Below are positions 37,775 through 45,959 of a stretch of DNA of 64,000 nucleotides, piece by piece; positions within the stretch are counted from its first letter, which is position 1, and each line of letters opens with the position of its first letter. The notes under the pieces are model-generated. The model was not told the DNA's origin and made no database searches. It saw only the letters and a list, made by a program, of their open reading frames with translations. The stretch is from Dehalococcoidia bacterium (GTDB lineage Bacteria; Chloroflexota; Dehalococcoidia; Plut-88900). Location of the stretch: the NCBI GenBank assembly GCA_965197645.1, contig OZ240219.1:1888001-1952000 (forward strand), in the 5' to 3' direction. The translations under genes and the position numbers were made by a program.

Positions 37775-39994
37775 ATGAATACCAAGAGACGAGCTAGTTT
37801 CCTTCCGCGTATGTGGTTTTGGGCCAAGCTGGGTGCGAGATGCCTAGAAAGCAAAACAACCTCTGGGTCATTTGGCAGGGAGGGCTCACACGATCCGGTT
37901 CAGCGAATATACGTAATCAATCTGGACCGACAGCCTGATCGCTGGCGGCGGACGAGTCGGGAGCTCAGCAGGCTACGCGACCGGTCCGGAAGGCCTTTAG
38001 CCAGGTTGAGCAGGCGCTTTTCTGCTGTGGATGCAAGGTACATTCCCGACGTAACGGGTAGAGACCTAGTTCAATCCAGTTATCAATTGTCCGACCAACT
38101 CTTCGTTCAGCCGGAGCCACGGTTGGACGAAATTGCAGATGCACAAGCCCGCGATATCGAAATGTCGCCGCAGGAAGTAGCAGTCGCGCTCTCGCACATC
38201 GAGGTTTGGAACCTGATAGCCTTGGGTCAGCCCCGCTATACACTTGTGCTGGAGGATGACATCTATTTCCCAAGGGGATTTGCTAACGTCTTTGATAAAA
38301 TTTGGAAAGAGCTTACTCATCGGAATGGGCAGGGCGCCGTTGCCGACCTCGTTTATCTGTCGTATGAGAAGGCTGTAAAGCAAGTGCCGGGAAGTCCTTT
38401 CTCTGGGCTATTGTTCAGACCATCGACTGGTCTTTGGCAACTGTCTGGTTACATACTGTCTAAGGAGGGCGCGCAGAAACTCCTCCGGCTACTACCCGTT
38501 CGAGGACCCGTGGATCTCTGGCTTAATCATCAGTTCAGAAAACTCGACGTGTTCGCGACACGGCGTCCGATAATAGTGCAGAGACCAGATGTACCTTCCA
38601 CAAATTCCTACTCTGTTCTACCGATTCTCTCTCAGGTCGGGGTGATCACCCGCGAAAAGCCGCTCCTCGTCAAAAGTAAGTCAATGCCCGGACCTGTCTT
38701 TGCTTTCGGCAAGGGTGGTTCGGGCTTAGCTTCTCTTGCAATGGCACTATCAATCTTGGGCTACAGGTGCTGCAGCGACGTTACGGCATTGCCCGCAGCT
38801 GAACACGCTGACCTGTTTGGGAAAAAGCGCGGGCGAGTGTTTGACGCCTACGTGAATATTGGCGCACTGGATTCTCAGTCGTTGACCGAACTGGCGAAGA
38901 TCTATCCCAAGGCGCGATTCATTTCGACAGTAAACGATGATGCGCCGCTGAATAGTTCAGCTAGGGAGTCTCATATCGGAGGTACTGTAGATCCTGTAGC
39001 TAACGGATACGCAACTGACAGCATCTTGACGCAACTATCATTAGAGATATCCAACAGGCTCCTAATACTGCCTACCCAACACCGTGACAAATGGGAGTTG
39101 CTTAGTGGTTTCCTAGGATGCGAGTATCCTGCGCATCCTTATCCCGATTGCGAAGACCAAGTGCAACGTCCACTTGTGGTGGGAGCGGATGAGAATCACA
39201 ATGGCTGGAGACCTCGGGTAAGACATCTCCAGAGAGATTCTTCTCCGTGGATTGTCCCTAGAAGAGACTGGCGCGGTCTGCCGCTCGCCGAGACTGGGGA
39301 GGCACAACGGTTGGATCGCCACAGTGTTGGCTTTTCTGATGAGTTCAGAGAATCGGATAGTGGAACCTGGATGCTACGCGATGACACCTTCCCAAGCAAC
39401 CTTGCGCTATTCACGCCAGACAACTTCGCGATTAACACAAACGGCGTTGGACAGCTCACGCTGCGTGAGGAGAATGTGTCTGTAAGACAATTCACATCCG
39501 CATCAATTGCTAGTCGGCAGCGGTATCTTTACGGGCGATTCGTAGCGGATCTGAGGCCATCAAAGGTGCCGGGTGTGATTACGGGAATGTTCTTGCACCG
39601 CAATGCGCCTCGTCAGGAAATCGACCTTGAGTTCTTGGGCAAGGATACGACGAGCTTGCTTGTAAATGTGTACTACAACCCCGGAGTCGAGGGGACGAAG
39701 CTGGAATACGGCTACCGAGGCGCTCCGACCCTCATCGATCTGGGGTTCGACGCCGCGTCGGAATTTCATCAATATGAAGTTGAATGGTGTTCAGACTTTA
39801 TCCAATGGCGTGTCGACGGACGGCTTGTATACAAGCGAGATATTTGGGACCCGACGCCCATCCCCCATTTGCCGATGCAGTTCAACGTAAATCTGTGGCC
39901 CTCCAGGTCCAAGAGGCTAGCTGGAAGGTTGGCTACTGGCGACCTGCCCACGCAGAGTTGCATCAGGAACATTGGTGTACAGTCACTGTCCTGA
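37775..39994 (+). CDS. Three-domain fusion: GT25 glycosyltransferase, sulfotransferase-like domain, GH16 glycoside hydrolase
   Basis: IYVINLDRQPDRW, RFSAVD, LVLEDD and GPVDLWL (GT25); FAFGKGGSGLASLAMALSILGY...WELLSGFLG (sulfotransferase-like); QEIDLEFLG and FHQYEVEW (GH16). Confidence 0.8.
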   Translation: MNTKRRASFLPRMWFWAKLGARCLESKTTSGSFGREGSHDPVQRIYVINLDRQPDRWRRTSRELSRLRDRSGRPLARLSRRFSAVDARYIPDVTGRDLVQSSYQLSDQLFVQPEPRLDEIADAQARDIEMSPQEVAVALSHIEVWNLIALGQPRYTLVLEDDIYFPRGFANVFDKIWKELTHRNGQGAVADLVYLSYEKAVKQVPGSPFSGLLFRPSTGLWQLSGYILSKEGAQKLLRLLPVRGPVDLWLNHQFRKLDVFATRRPIIVQRPDVPSTNSYSVLPILSQVGVITREKPLLVKSKSMPGPVFAFGKGGSGLASLAMALSILGYRCCSDVTALPAAEHADLFGKKRGRVFDAYVNIGALDSQSLTELAKIYPKARFISTVNDDAPLNSSARESHIGGTVDPVANGYATDSILTQLSLEISNRLLILPTQHRDKWELLSGFLGCEYPAHPYPDCEDQVQRPLVVGADENHNGWRPRVRHLQRDSSPWIVPRRDWRGLPLAETGEAQRLDRHSVGFSDEFRESDSGTWMLRDDTFPSNLALFTPDNFAINTNGVGQLTLREENVSVRQFTSASIASRQRYLYGRFVADLRPSKVPGVITGMFLHRNAPRQEIDLEFLGKDTTSLLVNVYYNPGVEGTKLEYGYRGAPTLIDLGFDAASEFHQYEVEWCSDFIQWRVDGRLVYKRDIWDPTPIPHLPMQFNVNLWPSRSKRLAGRLATGDLPTQSCIRNIGVQSLS

Positions 39995-40808
39995 ACCGAC
40001 TCTGTTTCACACGCGGCTGGCTGCGTTAGCAGCACAGAATCGAGAACTACCTCACCGTCCGCTAGTTGAATTCCTTTGGGCGCTTCCTGTGCAAAAGGCC
40101 ATGGCTTCCAGCGGCCCGCGTAGAATCTAGGCACTGCGAACAGGTGGCCTTGCCTGAACTAGGGGCGGCCCCAATCGGAGGAGTGCTGATCTAGGAGAAT
40201 CTGTTTGTGCAATGACGAAGAGCTCCGGCGCTGGGGCATGTCCGATGTAGCCTAGACAATGCGGCTCGATCTCTCGGTTAGCATAGCGGTGCTTGCGATC
40301 AGAGACCCCCGAGCCAAAGCTCGAAGACGGTTCTGTCTATCGTCAAAATAGGCCCACCACCGCTTACGGTAGATACCACTATCTTCGAGATGTGGCTAGG
40401 CAGCCTGTCGGCGCAATTTGAAGGGGAGATTCCAGTTGAGCCGACTCCACCGAAAGTTCCTCGACGATTACTTGGCAAACCTTTGATCAAAGCCCGCCGC
40501 TGCCTCTCGAGTGATTCCCTCTAACTTAGGGTTACTCTCTAGTAGCACTGTTGCGCCTTATCCCGCTCGGCGCCTGCTCTAGGTTGCCTCCTTGCAGTTG
40601 GCTAGATAAGTTCTTTCTGTAGTCTGCTTTATGTGGCCGCCTGACTCTGTCCTTCAATTGCGACGCATCAGGTAGGTCACAGGCTCTTGAGGTTCTGCTC
40701 CTAGACACACGCACACATGCCGGGATCTGCTGGCGAGCTTTGAGCTAGTTCATGGACGAACAGAAGAGGGTAATGTCGAGACATCAGTGAATCGCTTACC
40801 TCTGAGTC

Positions 40809-41732
40809 TTAGGAGTTCGGGCGCTCTAACAATTCTAGGATGTAGACTCGCTTCGGGATGATAAAGCTTGGAGACGATTCGTGGTCATCGTCCATGTCCC
40901 TAGAGTCTACTCCTATGCCAAATTCCTCGAAATCAACTTCTATTTCACTATTCTCAAATGGCCCACTCGAGCCATTGGCCAACCGTGGGTACATTTGACG
41001 CTGGCTTTCCTCAAGCAAAACCCCTATGTCATGAGGAAGCCTCGGGTGAGTTATTGAATCAGTGTCCAGTAAGGGAGACAAATCGTCGGGATTAATGACT
41101 CCCGTTGAAAGTGACTTCTGCAATCGTGGGCATATGGCTAGGCAACGCCATGGTACGGTTCGTGGGTCCCTCTGCAGGGAACGAAAGTCCTTTCCTCCTG
41201 GCGTGGCGATAGCCCATTCGATCGCGCCAGCAGGAGTCATAGTACAACCCAACTCACCTTCTGGGAATTGCCTCGAACAGCACCGCAAATCGGCCCTGTC
41301 TACGTTGAAGGAGTGGCTATAGAGGCAATACCTAGGAGTTAACTTGCGCGCCTTTGCATATGCCTTCAATATCTTGACTTGCCTCTTTTTTTGTCCCTTA
41401 ACCACGTGCCCCAGGTAACGGTAGTTCCCGGTTCTAAAGTCCAGTTTCTTGGCCTGAACAGCATATCCGACCCAGCCCATGTTACAGTTGCCCAGCCAAC
41501 ACTCGAAATCCGTCCCATATTTTGCTTCATCTCGCAGAGAGGTCTGCTTGAAGAGTTTGAATCCCTTCCGTCGTAAACCAAGCATCAGGATGTCAGTAAT
41601 GGTCTCTTCGCCGTAGCGCACTGAAAGCCGCTTGGCCTCCCGTAGATTTTCCCAGGTGTCTTCGGCGAGCGTCTGAAGCAAGACGTCCAGTGTTGGGACG
41701 AGGGAACTTGATATGGCTTGGGAATCAGACAT
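40809..41732 (-). CDS. DUF6615-like PD-(D/E)xK nuclease
   Basis: GEETITD, EAKYGTDFECW and YAVQAKKL. Confidence 0.7.
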   Translation of the reverse strand: MSDSQAISSSLVPTLDVLLQTLAEDTWENLREAKRLSVRYGEETITDILMLGLRRKGFKLFKQTSLRDEAKYGTDFECWLGNCNMGWVGYAVQAKKLDFRTGNYRYLGHVVKGQKKRQVKILKAYAKARKLTPRYCLYSHSFNVDRADLRCCSRQFPEGELGCTMTPAGAIEWAIATPGGKDFRSLQRDPRTVPWRCLAICPRLQKSLSTGVINPDDLSPLLDTDSITHPRLPHDIGVLLEESQRQMYPRLANGSSGPFENSEIEVDFEEFGIGVDSRDMDDDHESSPSFIIPKRVYILELLERPNS

Positions 41733-42368
41733 CCTTTGGCCTGCTACTGGATTCTTCCTCTGGGAAAAGATAACACAATCTGTCGGCTGGTCCCGCGATT
41801 TCTAACATCATTCCCCTTGGTTGGTTAATGGAAGGTTGGAGACACGCTGCCTCCTTGGAGGAGTATACTCGTCTCGACTGATTACTGGCATCACTGAACC
41901 TGTGAAACCACCTAGAGCACGAGCCTCGCGACCGGCATATGGAACCTTGCCAGTCAGGTCAGATGAAAAGCGGGCATTGATCACGCCTATGGGCGGTTCT
42001 GGGCTGACCATGGATACACCGGTCGGCCGATAAAATGCCAGGAATTATCTGGCGTTCGAATAGTCAATAGGTCGGTCAGCGTTGTGATAGCTGCTAGCGG
42101 AAGCGTCTAGATTGTGGTGCATCCGAGTTTCCAGGTGCGGTGAGTTGATACAGCCTTGCAGTAGTCGGCACTTCTTCGAAATTCACCGTCCTACTAACGA
42201 GAGCCCTTCCGATGAATTGGTCAAAGATAAAGTCGTCGCTGCCTGCTCATTCTTCATTAAGAAGTAGACAGGCTTCAATAATGGGAACCGTCAACTACGT
42301 TCAGCCATTCACTCACCCCTCGACTCCGTCTGCCCGAGAGCGCGATAATGCAACCTGTGACGTCACTC

Positions 42369-45300
42369 ATGGAGAATCGCTTTTTTGAACAACCCGTACT
42401 TAACTCTCCCTACGAGTACCCGGCCAAGCACTGGGAGCTCGATGATCAGGGTCAGCCGACCCAACAGGTCATTGAGAACCGGCGCGGTGCAGAATTCATC
42501 ACGCCAATCCCAAAGCCGAGGAAACGCAGGGCAGCGAAGAGTCAGCAGCAGTTTGTCTTCGACGAGGGCAAGGGACTGTCCACCGAGGAACAGCAGTACG
42601 ACGTCACTGCTTTGGTGAACGAAATCCGCCGCCACGTGGACCAGTGGCGCACTTTGCCTAATCCAAACCAATGGGGCGTCGCCCCTGCAACTGCCCGGCT
42701 GCTTCGGCATTGGAGACACCATCAGTTCAGCGACATCCAGCCCTTCTTCTGCCAGGTTGAGGCAGTCGAGACGGTCATCTGGCTCACTGAGGTTGCGCCC
42801 AAGCTCGGACAGGTCGGAAGGCGTCTCCTAGACCGCCTCGCCAACGCCAATAACGACGCCAACCCCGAGCTGTCGCGTCTGGCCTTGAAGCTCGCCACGG
42901 GTGCTGGCAAGACCACGGTCATGGCTATGACCATCGCATGGCAGACCATCAACGCCGTCCGGCACCCCAACAGCAGGCGCTTTACGCGAGGCTTCCTGGT
43001 CGTGGCTCCGGGCATCCCCATCAAAGACAGGCTGCGCGTACTTCAGCCCAATGATCCGGACAGCTACTACGCCAGTCGAGAACTGGTGCCTAGGGACATG
43101 CTCGGGGACCTCAATCACGCAAGTATCGTTATCACGAATTACCACGCGCTCAGGCTACGCGATCGCACGGAGCTTTCCAGTGGCGGCCGTGCCCTTCTGC
43201 AAGGCAGAGGGTCCGATCTGAATACTATGGAGACCGAGGGGCAGATGCTCCAGCGCGTCATGCCCGGTCTCATGGGTATGAAGGACATCTGGGTGCTGAA
43301 TGACGAGGGGCACCACTGCTACCGGCACAAGCCGGGGGAGAACGCCGAGGAAGACCTGAAGGGTGACGACAGGAAAGAGGCGGAGAAGAACGACGAGGCT
43401 GCCCGCGTCTGGATTTCCGGCTTGGAAATCGTCAAGCGTAAGCTAGGCGTCAGGCAGGTCTTGGACCTCTCGGCCACACCCTTTTTCCTGCGAGGCTCCG
43501 GCTATGCCGAGGGTACGCTGTTCCCCTGGACGGTTAGCGACTTCTCGCTTATGGACGCCATAGAGAGCGGAATCGTCAAACTGCCCCGCGTGCCGGTGGC
43601 TGACAACATCCCGGGCGGAGACATGCCAAAGTACCGGGCTCTATGGGAGAACATCCGGGGCGACATGCCCAAGCGGGGACGCGGCAAAGCAAAGGGAGAC
43701 CTCGACCCGCTCAGCCTGCCAACAATGCTCAAGAGTGCTCTTGATGCTCTCTACGGGCACTATGAGAAGACCTACAATGAATGGAGGAAGGAGGGAATCC
43801 CCGTCCCGCCATGCTTCATAGTGGTCTGCAACAATACGTCCACGTCAAAACTAGTCTACGACTATATCTCTGGATTCCACCGTGAGAACAACGACGGCTC
43901 CAAGACATTGGAACGGGGGCGCCTTGCCCGGTTCGATAACTTCGACGACAACGGCAACCCGTACGCCATTCCCCGCACAGTACTGATCGACAGCGAGCAG
44001 TTGGACTCCGGCGACACGCTGGACAGGGAGTTTCGCAGCGCGGCTACGGAAGAGATAGAGCGCTTTCGCAGAGAGCGGGTCGACCGCACCCGCGATGCCC
44101 GCGATGCGGAGAACATCACCGACCACGACCTTCTCAGAGAGGTGATGAACACCGTCGGCAAGGAGGACCGCCTAGGTCAGTCCATCCGGTGCGTCGTGTC
44201 GGTGTCCATGCTTACCGAAGGCTGGGACGCCAGCACTGTCACGCACGTTCTCGGTGTGCGAGCCTTCGGGACACAGCTCCTGTGCGAGCAAGTGGTTGGG
44301 CGGGCTCTGCGTAGACAGTCCTACAAGCTGAATGATCAAGGTCTGTTCGACGTGGAGTACGCCGACGTGCTCGGAGTGCCCTTCGATTTCACCGCGAAAC
44401 CCGTCGTTGTGAAGCCTGCGCCGCCTCGCCAGACGGTCCAGGTCAAGGCGGTCCGGCCTGACCGTGACCACCTCGAAATCCAGTTCCCCAGGGTATCGGG
44501 CTACCGCACCGACCCGCCTAGAGAAGAGCTCTCGGCCAAGTTTGGCGACGACTCCTATCTGGTGCTGACGCCGGAGCTTGTCGGTCCTTCGAGGACCAGA
44601 AACGAAGGCATCATTGGCGAAGGCGTCGATCTCAACCTGGAGCACACCAGCGACATGCGGCCCTCCAGCTTGCCGTTTCACCTCACGCGGCGGTTGCTTT
44701 ACACGAAGTGGCGCGATTCCAACGAAGACCCAAAGCTGCACCTTTTCGGCAGCTTGAAACGGATCGTAAGGCAATGGTTGGACTGCTACTTGGTCTGCAA
44801 GGGCGGGACCCATCCCGCTCAACTCATGTACCAGGAGCTGGAGGACAGAGCTTGTGAGATCATCACCGCCGGCATCACCACCAGCCACGCGGACGAGTAT
44901 CCCGTCAAGGCGCTGCTCGACCCCTTCAACACGACCGGCTCGACTGCGCATGTGAACTTCACAACGTCCAAGACGAGCCGATGGGAGACGGACGCCCGCA
45001 AGTGCCACGTGAACTGGGTCGTCCTCGATAGCGACTGGGAGGCGGAGTTCTGCCGCGTGGCCGAGGCTCATCCCAAGGTGAGGGCCTACGTCAAGAATCA
45101 CAACCTGGGCTTGGAGGTGCCGTATCGTTCAGGCTCCGAATCACGCATCTACATTCCAGACTTCATCGTCCAGGTGGACGACGGGCATGGCCAGGACGAC
45201 CCTCTCAACCTGATCGTGGAGATCAAGGGGTACCGCGACGAGGACGCCAAGGCCAAGAAACTCACCATCGAATCCTACTGGGTCCCCGGCGTGAACAACC

Positions 45301-45521
45301 TTCGGCAGTACGGACGCTGGGCCTTCGCCGAGTTCACCGACGTTTTCGATATAGAAGAGGGGTTCGACAAGCTGGTGCAGAGGGCCGCGAGAGAATCAGG
45401 AATCCCTGACTACAGCGCTATGACCGCTAAAGAATTGCTCGCGTCCTGCCCGATCGATGATGAATATCTCGTCCGACCTCCCGAGTTTCCGAGAGACATA
45501 GACTTTGGCGTATCTCCTTGA
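42369..45521 (+). CDS. res: Type III restriction enzyme Res subunit (BPTD_3080-like) with an extra C-terminal tail
   Basis: FFCQVEAVET, KLATGAGKT, NDEGHHCY, LSATP, SMLTEGWD, QVVGRALRR and YIPDFIV...VEIKG. Confidence 0.9.
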   Translation: MENRFFEQPVLNSPYEYPAKHWELDDQGQPTQQVIENRRGAEFITPIPKPRKRRAAKSQQQFVFDEGKGLSTEEQQYDVTALVNEIRRHVDQWRTLPNPNQWGVAPATARLLRHWRHHQFSDIQPFFCQVEAVETVIWLTEVAPKLGQVGRRLLDRLANANNDANPELSRLALKLATGAGKTTVMAMTIAWQTINAVRHPNSRRFTRGFLVVAPGIPIKDRLRVLQPNDPDSYYASRELVPRDMLGDLNHASIVITNYHALRLRDRTELSSGGRALLQGRGSDLNTMETEGQMLQRVMPGLMGMKDIWVLNDEGHHCYRHKPGENAEEDLKGDDRKEAEKNDEAARVWISGLEIVKRKLGVRQVLDLSATPFFLRGSGYAEGTLFPWTVSDFSLMDAIESGIVKLPRVPVADNIPGGDMPKYRALWENIRGDMPKRGRGKAKGDLDPLSLPTMLKSALDALYGHYEKTYNEWRKEGIPVPPCFIVVCNNTSTSKLVYDYISGFHRENNDGSKTLERGRLARFDNFDDNGNPYAIPRTVLIDSEQLDSGDTLDREFRSAATEEIERFRRERVDRTRDARDAENITDHDLLREVMNTVGKEDRLGQSIRCVVSVSMLTEGWDASTVTHVLGVRAFGTQLLCEQVVGRALRRQSYKLNDQGLFDVEYADVLGVPFDFTAKPVVVKPAPPRQTVQVKAVRPDRDHLEIQFPRVSGYRTDPPREELSAKFGDDSYLVLTPELVGPSRTRNEGIIGEGVDLNLEHTSDMRPSSLPFHLTRRLLYTKWRDSNEDPKLHLFGSLKRIVRQWLDCYLVCKGGTHPAQLMYQELEDRACEIITAGITTSHADEYPVKALLDPFNTTGSTAHVNFTTSKTSRWETDARKCHVNWVVLDSDWEAEFCRVAEAHPKVRAYVKNHNLGLEVPYRSGSESRIYIPDFIVQVDDGHGQDDPLNLIVEIKGYRDEDAKAKKLTIESYWVPGVNNLRQYGRWAFAEFTDVFDIEEGFDKLVQRAARESGIPDYSAMTAKELLASCPIDDEYLVRPPEFPRDIDFGVSP

Positions 45522-45920
45522 TACCAACGTCATCTCGGAGCTCCGCAAGGGCGACCGTTGTGACGCCAACGTCAGTGGTTGGTACGCTGAAGTGGAGGAA
45601 ACCGACATATACCTCAGCGTACTGGTACTTGGAGAGATGCGTAGAGGCATTGAGCAGATACGGAGGCGAGATCCACAGCAGGCCGTCGTTCTGGAACGCT
45701 GGCATGAAGCGACTGCTCAAAGCTTCGCCGGTCACATACTGGCCATAGATGAAACGATTACGGAAGCCTGGGGTCGGGTGTCCGCCGTTCGCCCGATCCC
45801 TGTGGTCGACGGACTGCTGGCCGCCACCGCCTGGTCCACGATTTTACCCTGGTGACTCGTAATGTTTCGGATGTTGAAGGCCTAGGTGCACGAGTGCTCG
45901 ACCCCTTCAGTCGACGATAG
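45505..45920 (+). pseudogene. vapC: VapC/PIN toxin with a 1-nt frameshift near 45830
   Basis: YLLDTNVISELRK, SVLVLGEMRRGIE and DGLLAATA, then in a shifted frame VHDFTLVTRNVSDVEGLGARVLDPF. Confidence 0.85.
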
Positions 45921-45959
45921 CTTTCACGAGATGGTCCTGTAGAGAGGATTGCAACTCCG

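Noticed and set aside
41790-42340. Possible gene upstream of res
   Set aside because: Only short, stop-interrupted frames; no product can be assigned
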